From NCBI GenBank assembly GCA_044870765.1, contig JBIOZG010000055.1, positions 1 through 34,073 of the forward strand: a stretch of DNA of 34,073 bases, read 5' to 3'. The notes below the pieces were generated by a model that had not been told where the DNA came from, made no database searches, and saw only the letters and a program-made list of their open reading frames with translations. The position numbers were made by a program, and so were the translations under genes. Position 1 is the first letter of the stretch. Each line of letters opens with the position of its first letter. Shown one piece after another: positions 1 to 8,567 of this stretch. The stretch is from Nitrososphaeraceae archaeon. Its GTDB lineage: Archaea > Thermoproteota > Nitrososphaeria > Nitrososphaerales > Nitrososphaeraceae.

Positions 1-198
1 TGGGAACAAACAGATGGTCCTGAAGTTGATATAAAACAAGCAGACAAACAAACCGCCACTTTTGAAGTTCCTGAATCAGCCGCAGATTCAAAACTTGTCT
101 TCAAACTAACAGTAGTTGACGATAAAGATGACTCAGCTTCTGATGAAGTTGAAATAGAAGCACAGAAAATTTCCGAGGAGAATGAGGTTCCTAAATGA
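1..198 (+). CDS. 3' end of a surface protein with a PKD/Ig-like (K319L-type) domain, truncated by window edge
   Basis: Frame +1 open from base 1 to TGA 196-198: WEQTDGPEVDIKQADKQTATFEVP...LVFKLTVVDDKDDSASDEVEIE, the W-x-Q-x-x-G-P ... F-x-L-T-V-x-D pattern of PKD-like repeats. Confidence 0.8.
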   Translation, partial: WEQTDGPEVDIKQADKQTATFEVPESAADSKLVFKLTVVDDKDDSASDEVEIEAQKISEENEVPK

Positions 199-322
199 TC
201 ACATTTTTAATGCAGAAAGCAAAGTATACACCAAAATCTTAGAAGATTTGAATGAATTTGTGCGAAATATATCTACGAGAGAAAAAGTCTTAATAGCCGA
301 CATATCTATAGTTTTTTGAAAC

Positions 323-1570
323 TTGTTTTCAAATCGGAATAACGCAGCGCTTTCAAATTCAAACATAGTAACATTTTCTATTGTTATTCCGACCTATAAT
401 GAATCAGAGAATATCTTGAGATTAATTAGCGAAATTGAAAAAAATCTACCAACAAGCGATTTTACCGAAATTATCGTAGTTGACGATAATTCTCCTGACG
501 GAACAGGAAAATTAGTTGAGGATTGCATAACTAAGAAAGGGATCAAGGCCAAGGAAAAAAATTCATCGCACACAAAAAATCACATATTGAAGGTTGTTCA
601 CAGAACGGGAAAAGAAGGATTAATCCCTGCAATTATTGATGGTGTCAGGCAATCAAGTGGTACTAATGTGCTGATAATGGACGCTGACTTTTCTCACCCA
701 CCAGAAGTGATACCAAAAATGATGAGCGAATTGAAAAGAAATCCAAATTCCATCGTTATTGGATCTAGATATATTGAAGGTGGAAAAGTAGTTGGCTGGC
801 CAGCAAGAAGAAAAATCCTGAGTAAAGGTGCATCCACATTGGCTCGTCTTGGATTGAATGTTAAAAATGTAAAGGATCCAATGTCAGGATTATTTGCATT
901 ACCTCGTGAATTAATACAAAATATTTCAATAGCCACCAAAGGCTACAAAATACTACTCGAGATTCTTGTAAAGAATAAAGAAATTCCAGTAATAGAGGTT
1001 CCCTATACATTTACTGATAGGCAGTCTGGAAAAAGTAAGATGAGCTATAATGTAATAGTAAATTACGCTGAAGCTATCTGGCAATTATACCAACATGGAC
1101 AGAAATCAGATCGGGTCAAGATAAGTGAGCAGGTAAACAAACGATCTGTTCGTTTCATCTCTAAAGTTGGCCGATATTATACAGTAAGCATTTCTGGATT
1201 AGTTATTAACTATATTGTTTCATTTCTATTGGCTAATGATGTGGCGAATTCTATCAGACTATTATCAAATGAATGGTATCTTGAGGCTTCAATTATAGGC
1301 GCAATTATCTCAATGACTTCAAACTTCTTTTTAAACAAGTACTGGACATTTGAGGATAAGCGATTTGAAGTCAGGTCTACCGCAAGGCAATACCTCTCAT
1401 TCATCGGTATGAGTGCTATTGGATTAATTATCCAAATTTCTCTTTTGTATTACATGGTTGAGAACTTTGTTCCATACAGAATGTCATTAATTATATCTAT
1501 AGCTGTTGCTACCACAATTAATTTCATATTAAACAAGAAGTTTACATTCAAAGAAAAAGTTTGGGCCTAG
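323..1570 (+). CDS. GT2 dolichol-phosphate mannosyltransferase-like glycosyltransferase fused to GtrA-like membrane domain
   Basis: SIVIPTYNE, IVVDDNSPDGT, MDADFSHPP, GSRY, DPMSG motifs; C-terminal ~130 aa with 4 hydrophobic helices and NFFLNKYWTF / NFILNKKFTF GtrA signatures. Confidence 0.92.
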   Translation: MFSNRNNAALSNSNIVTFSIVIPTYNESENILRLISEIEKNLPTSDFTEIIVVDDNSPDGTGKLVEDCITKKGIKAKEKNSSHTKNHILKVVHRTGKEGLIPAIIDGVRQSSGTNVLIMDADFSHPPEVIPKMMSELKRNPNSIVIGSRYIEGGKVVGWPARRKILSKGASTLARLGLNVKNVKDPMSGLFALPRELIQNISIATKGYKILLEILVKNKEIPVIEVPYTFTDRQSGKSKMSYNVIVNYAEAIWQLYQHGQKSDRVKISEQVNKRSVRFISKVGRYYTVSISGLVINYIVSFLLANDVANSIRLLSNEWYLEASIIGAIISMTSNFFLNKYWTFEDKRFEVRSTARQYLSFIGMSAIGLIIQISLLYYMVENFVPYRMSLIISIAVATTINFILNKKFTFKEKVWA

Positions 1571-1722
1571 TCAATTTTTTATGTCTTAATTGAAATAGGA
1601 AAGTATTAGGATTGTTACTTTTATCTACTATTGACAATACAATGACATGGCAACTTTTCTAGAATTTAGAAAATGATGGTTAAAGTAGATAGTTTGCAAT
1701 ATGTCTTATATTATGAGCATTA

Positions 1723-2652
1723 TTGACAAGATTTTCTAGCAGAGAAATTTATAAACCTAGGATTGTCATTCGAATTTTAATGGGTTTGAATAAACGTGCT
1801 ACACGTTTGTCTGTATGGTTTCTAATTTCGATATTGTCGTCAGGTTTATTATTGTCATATGCTAGCCAAGGTTTACTATCAAAAGTATCTGCTGATCCAT
1901 TGGTGATCTCCAATGATCAGGTAAAGGATACCTATTTAATGTATGTAAAACTTAAGACAAATCAAGGGCAAGGAGGACCACAATCAGGATGTCACCCCGG
2001 ATTAGGTCAGCTAGAAAAAGAAGACTTACAGAGTGATAATGCCCTTTGCAATCCTGGACTTGAAAACATGAAAAATAAAGTGACAAATGACGAATTAGAT
2101 GATAATTTGGTAAATCAGCTGAGCAAAAACATTGACAAAAAAGAGACTATCTTAAAGGATAAATTAGAGAAATTAAGGGAACGAATGGAAAAAGCAATAT
2201 CAGAGGAAGAGGAGCAGCAACCAATACCTCCCGATCAACAAAAGAAAGTTGATGATGATGATAAAAAAACTGTAGACGAACACAAGTCAATATCCGGTGA
2301 TAACTGCAGAAATGGAAATGTGCTATCTGGTGCTTCGAACGAAGAGGACCTGAAGGTTTTAGCAGAATGTCAGGAAGCCATAGGTGATGTAATGCACACT
2401 AAAAAGATGGATGATGGGGATTACAAATTTTTACTAAAGTTAGATGATAAATATGACTTCCTCATAAATGACAAAAACAATGAAAAAACTGATGGTCTGC
2501 TCGTGGTAGAAGTTGTTCCTGATGACCAGAACATAGACAGTATTGTACTGCCCGAGTCGGGTGACAAGGTACATATCTGGGGAGCATGGGTAACTGATAA
2601 GCCAAAAGGATGGCATGAAATTCATCCAACATGGCAGATAACTAAAGAATAG
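1723..2652 (+). CDS. Secreted/membrane-anchored hypothetical protein with coiled coil and conserved-looking C-terminal beta domain
   Basis: Hydrophobic N-terminal segment (true start may be ATG 1780), acidic coiled coil, C-terminal DGDY...LVVEVVP...GDKVHIWGAWVTD...GWHEIHP. Confidence 0.7.
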   Translation: MTRFSSREIYKPRIVIRILMGLNKRATRLSVWFLISILSSGLLLSYASQGLLSKVSADPLVISNDQVKDTYLMYVKLKTNQGQGGPQSGCHPGLGQLEKEDLQSDNALCNPGLENMKNKVTNDELDDNLVNQLSKNIDKKETILKDKLEKLRERMEKAISEEEEQQPIPPDQQKKVDDDDKKTVDEHKSISGDNCRNGNVLSGASNEEDLKVLAECQEAIGDVMHTKKMDDGDYKFLLKLDDKYDFLINDKNNEKTDGLLVVEVVPDDQNIDSIVLPESGDKVHIWGAWVTDKPKGWHEIHPTWQITKE

Positions 2653-2788
2653 TCAGCCTAAATGAGATGTGCAATCGCAAGAACTAAAACTGTACGAAGT
2701 GGAATAAATAGAATAGAATAAAATAACTTTACCAATTCTTAGTTACTTGACAAATTCGCTATTAATTAGGAATTTTCTACAGTTTATA

Positions 2789-3352
2789 TCAGATTAGCTG
2801 CAGAAACTTTAATCCGTAAAGAATTAACAGTGACGAACTTACAAAAATCATATGTCTCCATGGCATAGCACGCAATTTTGGACCTTCCAACTTTATCTGA
2901 TGATTGTCTACAATGTGCGTGATGTAGTCTCTCAATTTTTCATTCCATATGTCATATTCTATTTTATGTTTCTTTAGAATAGATTCAATCTCATAGAGTA
3001 CGGGTGCTCGCACAGAACCAATATGCTGAATATACCTGCGAGAAATTTCCACCTCTGCCTTTATAGCTATGAATCCCTGCTGAATATCGAGAAGACGTAG
3101 ATGCATTTCCCAAGGATACTTTAGCTTTTTAGAAAAGCCACTTCCGATTTGTGTTGGTTTCTTGTTTTCAAACTTTACTTTTTTGAATCCTTCCGCAAAC
3201 AATGTATTTATCAATTCTTCTTTCTTTATCTTTACCATGAGACTCAGCTGATCAAATTGTATTTCTTCGTGTTGAATAAACTCACTTAAACCCTTGAGTA
3301 AGTTTATTCGTCTTGGATAACGTGTTAGGAATTCTGACATCCTACTATGCAA
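2789..3352 (-). CDS. Hypothetical protein with C-terminal transmembrane anchor
   Basis: 187-aa ORF, PWEMHLR and AEVEISRRY motifs, hydrophobic C-terminus. Confidence 0.7.
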   Translation of the reverse strand: MHSRMSEFLTRYPRRINLLKGLSEFIQHEEIQFDQLSLMVKIKKEELINTLFAEGFKKVKFENKKPTQIGSGFSKKLKYPWEMHLRLLDIQQGFIAIKAEVEISRRYIQHIGSVRAPVLYEIESILKKHKIEYDIWNEKLRDYITHIVDNHQIKLEGPKLRAMPWRHMIFVSSSLLILYGLKFLQLI

Positions 3353-3408
3353 GATGATGTTCAGAAAAGGTATTAAAAGTATATGGAAAATTGAACTATT
3401 TCTAGAAA

Positions 3409-4215
3409 TTAAAGAAATGGCATACTTCTAAGATAGATATCCACTTTTGGATTTACAGTCATGTCCTTCATACCAAGTTTTCGTTCTGTTCGAGTAACCT
3501 TGACTCCTCTAATGACTACTATTGGTAAGGATTCATTGCTCTCACCCATAACAAAAACCCCCATTGTTGCCAGACAATCAGCAGTCGCCTGAAAGGTTAC
3601 CTTTAGTTTCTTACCAAACAAGTCCCTTTTACCTCTCTCATCCTCAACCGGTTCAAAACCAGAGACGCCCACCGCAATGCCAGTACAACCTATCCTCGTT
3701 GGCATTAACCTGCTATCCGAGATTACAATTCCAACCTTTATTCCGAATTTTTTAAATATTTTTTTACGCAAAAACTTGGCAGACTTGAATGAATCTTTAG
3801 GATAAAGTATGATTTTTCCAGCAGGACAGTTTGATTTGTCTATTCCTGAGTTAGGCGCTATCATCCCATCTTTGATTGTAAGCAAGAACCCCGGAATTCC
3901 TGATACTATGTTATCAGCTTGCTGCATAGCAATTTGGGTGATCTTTGGGTTCATCTTGAATCTTGAGGCAAGGGCTTTTGCTCTGGTAGTTACCTTGACT
4001 CTTTTCAAATCAACTAGAGAATCCTCGCTCATTGAAACAAACTTACTTGAGATAATTATGATGTCATTGTCCCGGAGTGCAAATTTTGAATCAACTATTG
4101 TTCTAAATAAATCAAATCCCACACCCTTTTTTGGGATCTTTATTGAAAAAATTTCCATTTTCTTATAAAGAACATTGTCACAATATTTATGTTCAGGAAA
4201 AATTATTAAAGTCAA
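3409..4215 (-). CDS. cofE: Coenzyme F420-0:L-glutamate ligase
   Basis: DIIIISSKFVSMSE, PNSGIDKSN, GIVISDS, DERGKRDLFGKKL, VMGESNESLPIVVIRG motifs; real start probably the internal Met of MEIFSIK. Confidence 0.9.
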   Translation of the reverse strand: MTLIIFPEHKYCDNVLYKKMEIFSIKIPKKGVGFDLFRTIVDSKFALRDNDIIIISSKFVSMSEDSLVDLKRVKVTTRAKALASRFKMNPKITQIAMQQADNIVSGIPGFLLTIKDGMIAPNSGIDKSNCPAGKIILYPKDSFKSAKFLRKKIFKKFGIKVGIVISDSRLMPTRIGCTGIAVGVSGFEPVEDERGKRDLFGKKLKVTFQATADCLATMGVFVMGESNESLPIVVIRGVKVTRTERKLGMKDMTVNPKVDIYLRSMPFL

Positions 4216-4242
4216 AGAAGAATTTAGGTTGATCTCTAAAGA

Positions 4243-5514
4243 ATGAATATCACCGAAAAAATTATTGCACGGGCTTCCAATAGAAATTCAGCGAGTCCTG
4301 GCGATGTAGTTTTCGCCAATGTAGACAAGTTAATGATTCACGACGTTTCTGGTCCTGGAGTAATCAAAGTTTTTGAAGAGTGGTCAAAGAAGGGAATACA
4401 ACTTGATAAAGTATGGAATGCCGATAAAATATGGATAGCTGAAGATCATTTTGTTCCTTCAGCCGACAGGATTTCTGCAGAAAACATCTCAAAGCTTACA
4501 AAGTGGGCTGAGAAATTTGGGATTAAAAAGCATTTCAAGTATGGTTTAGGACAGTATGGAATCTGTCATACGCTATCACATGAGGAAGCATTAGTGCTGC
4601 CTGGGGAATTTTATGTTGGAGGTGATTCGCATACAAATACAACCGGTGCTCTTGGGGCGTTAGCAGTGGGTCTAGGACACACTGACATTGCTTATGCAAT
4701 GATGCACGGACGGATATGGCTAAAGGTCCCTGAAACCTTATTGTTTAAAATAATTGGTAAAAAACCCCCACACATAATGGCCAAGGACATAATCCTGAAA
4801 ATAATAAGTGATATTGGAACTGATGGGGCAAATTACAAGACGATGGAATTTGCCGGAAATGTGGTAAGTCAAATGAGTATGGAAGAAAGATTGACGCTTA
4901 CAAACATGACCACAGAAGCTGGGGCAAAAAACGGAATAATCGAACCTGATGCTGTTACCGACGAATACATTCAACAAAGAACCGCCGATTCGTACAAGCC
5001 AGTCCTGGGAGATGATCCGCATTATTTGGAAGAGTATACTTACGATATAGAAAAACTTGAACCATTTGTGGCAAAACCCTATTCCCCACAAAATGGTGCG
5101 GCCGCAAGAGAGTTGCAAACAGTTGAAATCAACAAGGCCTATATTGGATCTTGCACTGGAGCAAAATTAGAGGATCTAAGATCAGCTGCACAAATTTTGA
5201 AAGGTAAGAAGGTAAAAGTACGAACTGAAGTTTTGCCTGCCGCTCAATCAATTTACATTAAAGCAATGAAGGAAGGGTTGATTGATATATTTATGGAAGC
5301 AGGCGCAGTTGTAGGTCCACCTACCTGTGGCGCATGCTGTGGAGCTCATATGGGAATTTTGGCAAAGGATGAGATCTGTGTTAGTACTACCAATAGGAAC
5401 TTTCCAGGTAGAATGGGTCATGTCGAATCTCAAACTTATCTTGCCTCTCCATTGGTAGTGGCTGCGTCTGCAATTAAAGGCAAGATTACCGATCCTCGGG
5501 ATGTGTCCAATTGA
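4243..5514 (+). CDS. hacA: Homoaconitase / 3-isopropylmalate dehydratase family large subunit
   Basis: MNITEKII, EDHFVP, GICH, GGDSHT, IGSCTG, PTCGACCG, STTNRNFPGRMG, YLASP; short ~420-aa archaeal type. Substrate assignment is inference. Confidence 0.88.
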   Translation: MNITEKIIARASNRNSASPGDVVFANVDKLMIHDVSGPGVIKVFEEWSKKGIQLDKVWNADKIWIAEDHFVPSADRISAENISKLTKWAEKFGIKKHFKYGLGQYGICHTLSHEEALVLPGEFYVGGDSHTNTTGALGALAVGLGHTDIAYAMMHGRIWLKVPETLLFKIIGKKPPHIMAKDIILKIISDIGTDGANYKTMEFAGNVVSQMSMEERLTLTNMTTEAGAKNGIIEPDAVTDEYIQQRTADSYKPVLGDDPHYLEEYTYDIEKLEPFVAKPYSPQNGAAARELQTVEINKAYIGSCTGAKLEDLRSAAQILKGKKVKVRTEVLPAAQSIYIKAMKEGLIDIFMEAGAVVGPPTCGACCGAHMGILAKDEICVSTTNRNFPGRMGHVESQTYLASPLVVAASAIKGKITDPRDVSN

Positions 5515-5999
5515 CTATGAAGGGTATAATTCATAAATATAGTAGAGATAATATAGACACAGATGTAATACTGCCTGGGCCTTATCTAAAAATCCACGAC
5601 CACGATGAGCTATCAAAGCACGCTATGGAAGGAATCGATACCGATTTTTCAAATAAAGTGGCCAAGGGAGATTTTATCCTGGCAGGAAGTAACTTTGGAT
5701 GTGGCTCCAGCAGAGAGCATGCTCCCATAGCCCTATCCCATTGTGGAATCACTGCCGTACTTGCACCGTCATTTGCACGAATCTTTTATAGAAACTGTGT
5801 AGATGGTGGATATTTGTTGCCTCTAGAAATTGAAAAGTCTACCTTAGAAGAAATTTCAGACAAGGACACACTTGAAATAGATCTAGAAAAAAATCAAATT
5901 CATGATATGACAAATGGGAAAAAATTCTCAATCTCTCCATTTCCCCCATTGATAAAAAAAATAATTGATGCTGGGGGTCTAATGTATTATAAAGAATGA
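5511..5999 (+). CDS. hacB: Homoaconitase / 3-isopropylmalate dehydratase family small subunit
   Basis: DNIDTDVILPGPYL, NFGCGSSREHA, SFARIFYRN, GGL motifs; abuts/overlaps large subunit. Confidence 0.88.
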   Translation: MTMKGIIHKYSRDNIDTDVILPGPYLKIHDHDELSKHAMEGIDTDFSNKVAKGDFILAGSNFGCGSSREHAPIALSHCGITAVLAPSFARIFYRNCVDGGYLLPLEIEKSTLEEISDKDTLEIDLEKNQIHDMTNGKKFSISPFPPLIKKIIDAGGLMYYKE

Positions 6000-6223
6000 G
6001 CAAGAAAAAAGGCAAATTAATAGAAATTTTAAGCAGAGCAAGATTCTACGATGACATAAACCTTTACCAAGTTGCATATCGTGATCTTGATAAAATAGTA
6101 ACTGTTCCTCTGAAAGAGTTTATTTTATTATCAGGAACATTCGAACTGATTCCAATAAGCAGAATAGTTGAAATAAAAAAAGGAAGTATTGTGGTGTATC
6201 AAAAGGCAAAATCAAATTTGTGA
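5996..6223 (+). CDS. DUF504-like small protein
   Basis: EILSR...VAYRD...IPISRIVEIKKG pattern; ATGA overlap with upstream gene. Confidence 0.7.
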   Translation: MSKKKGKLIEILSRARFYDDINLYQVAYRDLDKIVTVPLKEFILLSGTFELIPISRIVEIKKGSIVVYQKAKSNL

Positions 6224-6251
6224 TAAATAATTGATATTTGAATTTGACCGT

Positions 6252-6842
6252 TTAGACTTCTTGCAAGTACCATCCTTGTGGCAGTAAAAGATTCCTGAAA
6301 GGTTCTTCGCCAACATGTGTTGCATAACGCCATATTTTTTGTCCATCCAGAGCGTTGAATCTGCAGCTGATTCTGTTCAGCGCTCTTAATTCGTTATCAA
6401 GTAAATTTTTACTTGCCTGATTTGAGTATTGACACGAAAATTTGCAATTTGAGTCAAGTTCCACAGTCGTTCTACACTCTTTTATTACAGGATAAGCGCG
6501 ACAAGCAAAAGGTCTTGCCTCATATATATGGCAATTAAAACCTCCATTTGGAGCGCGATTATTACTTTTTATGTCTAGGAATGGGCAATAGTCACCGTCG
6601 ATATTACCCATTAGCTGATATGCGATGACTTGGCGAGGGCCATTTGATTTTTTATTACTGCCGATTCCCAGTCTTGGAAATATGGTTATGCTGATTTGGG
6701 AGAGTTTAGCTAGACCTTCGATTTGCTTTTTTTCCTCCGGTAAAAGAAGAACTCCTATTTTTCCGTAATCTACTGAAGGATAGTATTGGCGGTATATACA
6801 GCAGTCAGAACAGTCCTGGACGCAATGAAATTCTCTAAGCAT
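6252..6842 (-). CDS. YkgJ-family cysteine-cluster (putative Fe-S/Zn) protein
   Basis: FHCVQDCSDCC, CPFLD, CHIYEARPFACRAYP motifs. Confidence 0.88.
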   Translation of the reverse strand: MLREFHCVQDCSDCCIYRQYYPSVDYGKIGVLLLPEEKKQIEGLAKLSQISITIFPRLGIGSNKKSNGPRQVIAYQLMGNIDGDYCPFLDIKSNNRAPNGGFNCHIYEARPFACRAYPVIKECRTTVELDSNCKFSCQYSNQASKNLLDNELRALNRISCRFNALDGQKIWRYATHVGEEPFRNLLLPQGWYLQEV

Positions 6843-7374
6843 TTTGCCACTCAGTGTTATTTATTAATGAATGTTCAAGACTATTCTCTTCAAGTTCATT
6901 TAATTTTAGAAATTTCACATCATAAATAGTCTTCATTCTTTTAAAGATATTAAGTTCGTAGGTAGCTGTAGCTTTGTTACTAGAATCATCTACACGATTT
7001 TCCAGAACATTGTTCTTGTCTGCAATTTTTTTTTCGAGGGATTTGTAAAGCGCAAATCGCAAAATCGTCTTTTCTTCAAAGTTCTTTTTGAACCTTAAAT
7101 AATTTTGAGTAAGAGCACTTTTCTTGAAAAAACCAATATTTTCTTTTGAAAGGAGATTCTTGCCTCTTTGATATAGGATGAACCAATAATCTTCCTTTTC
7201 TTCTATGAATCTTAAAATTATCTGGTCATCTGGCCACCAATGGATATACTCATTCCATGTTTTTAGTGCAATTTTTCGGTCGGTGTATAATATTAAAATA
7301 TTCATGGTTATGTCAGTATATCTGTAGCCTATACCTGCAAAGTGAGAAATCCAATTTTTCTCCATAATATCCAA
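6835..7374 (-). CDS. Hypothetical protein
   Basis: 179-aa ORF overlapping the YkgJ gene by 8 bp (likely operon). Confidence 0.65.
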   Translation of the reverse strand: MDIMEKNWISHFAGIGYRYTDITMNILILYTDRKIALKTWNEYIHWWPDDQIILRFIEEKEDYWFILYQRGKNLLSKENIGFFKKSALTQNYLRFKKNFEEKTILRFALYKSLEKKIADKNNVLENRVDDSSNKATATYELNIFKRMKTIYDVKFLKLNELEENSLEHSLINNTEWQNA

Positions 7375-7498
7375 TTTAATGAAACCTTAAAGTAAACTTA
7401 TCTAACAATCTATTTCATTCGACCTGGGTTAACTCATTACTCTATATTTGAGATGACAAAATGCCTCATATGATTACTAAGCAGGAATTTGAATAGAT

Positions 7499-7553
7499 TT
7501 GCAACTTGCCTCAGAGGGATAACAATAAAACTCATCATTGGCAAGTGTCGCAA
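7499..7553 (-). ncRNA. Single-guide box C/D sRNA, predicted to target 23S rRNA PTC
   Basis: Minus strand UUGCGAC-ACUUGCC-A-AUGAUGA-guuuuauuguuaucccu-CUGA-GGCAAGU-UGCAA: perfect box C (7532-7538) and box D (7511-7514), 7-bp terminal stem plus extension, 3-nt K-turn bulge; guide complementary to AGGGAUAACA. Confidence 0.8.
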
Positions 7554-7572
7554 TAGAAATAATCAACAAATA

Positions 7573-7580
7573 ATTTAAAG
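7573..7580 (-). promoter_or_regulatory. TATA box for the C/D sRNA
   Basis: CTTTAAAT on minus strand about 20-27 nt upstream of the predicted sRNA 5' end. Confidence 0.5.
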
Positions 7581-7609
7581 TTTGAGCTATTGAATTTTCG
7601 CCGTGATTG

Positions 7610-7786
7610 TCAAGTTTTTTCTACAGCTTCAATATGACATTCATGGCCTCTGTGAGCCTCGCTAAGATGTAAAGCCTCTTCATCTGTGATTGGGAATTTT
7701 TCGTAACTCAAGTTTTTCTCTCCTTCTTTTTCTAAAAGAATTTGTTTGCATTCATCACATATTAATTGGAGGAATATCTTGCCCAT
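7610..7786 (-). CDS. Small putative zinc-binding protein (58 aa), absent from ORF track
   Basis: MGKIFLQLICDECKQILLEKEGEKNLSYEKFPITDEEALHLSEAHRGHECHIEAVEKT; CxxC...HxxH. Confidence 0.75.
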   Translation of the reverse strand: MGKIFLQLICDECKQILLEKEGEKNLSYEKFPITDEEALHLSEAHRGHECHIEAVEKT

Positions 7787-7846
7787 GCCTAAAGTATTGT
7801 AACTAGGTTATTTAGACCATTGCCAGAAAGATGCCGTTACACTGCT

Positions 7847-8488
7847 TTATTCTATTGATCTGACGGCTGGTTTATTCTTGTACCTTAAGAACAAAAAGTA
7901 AGTAAGTAAAATAAAAACAATAGCAGTTGTCACATAGGCAATGTCGATAAGGACGCCTTTATCATTAATAATTGTGCAGGGGAACTCTCCATTAGAACAG
8001 CCAGCAGCAAAAAAAATCAAATTCCATATTGAATGGGATATGATGGCAAACCATCCTTTCCCGCTTATCCATGTTCTTAGACTTGCAAAAATGGATGGTG
8101 TTACAAATAACCAAGTTAAATAAGCAAGACTATTGACCTGCACGCTTGGCGTATTTAGAATATGCAATGATGCCCAAACGATACCTCCTGCAAGAGCTAC
8201 AATATTGTTTCCTGTTAGGTAAAAGGGAATTCCAAAAAACAGCGTCTCTTCAAAAGGACCTGCAGATATAACCGAAATGACTGATAGAGGTATAGTGGGC
8301 TCTGTGTATTGATTAACAACAAGATCAACTATTACCGAGCCTATTATCATGATTGCAAAACCGATTAAATGGTAAAACAGTATCATAATTGTCATGTAAT
8401 AGACGGAATTTCGCCTATACTTTGAAATCCATGAAAGGGGATTAAAATCAGTTTTCAAGTCAGCGAATAAAGGTCTTGATGATGACAA
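7847..8488 (-). CDS. CPBP-family (Abi/CAAX-like) intramembrane glutamic protease
   Basis: Multi-TM; GPFEETLFFG, WASLH and HSIWN motifs. Confidence 0.8.
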   Translation of the reverse strand: MSSSRPLFADLKTDFNPLSWISKYRRNSVYYMTIMILFYHLIGFAIMIIGSVIVDLVVNQYTEPTIPLSVISVISAGPFEETLFFGIPFYLTGNNIVALAGGIVWASLHILNTPSVQVNSLAYLTWLFVTPSIFASLRTWISGKGWFAIISHSIWNLIFFAAGCSNGEFPCTIINDKGVLIDIAYVTTAIVFILLTYFLFLRYKNKPAVRSIE

Positions 8489-8567
8489 TTACTGTGATAT
8501 TGATGTGGAAAGTCGAAGATATTTACACGTTTTGCCTTGTTACATACAAACTTAGACTTTCCTTAGA

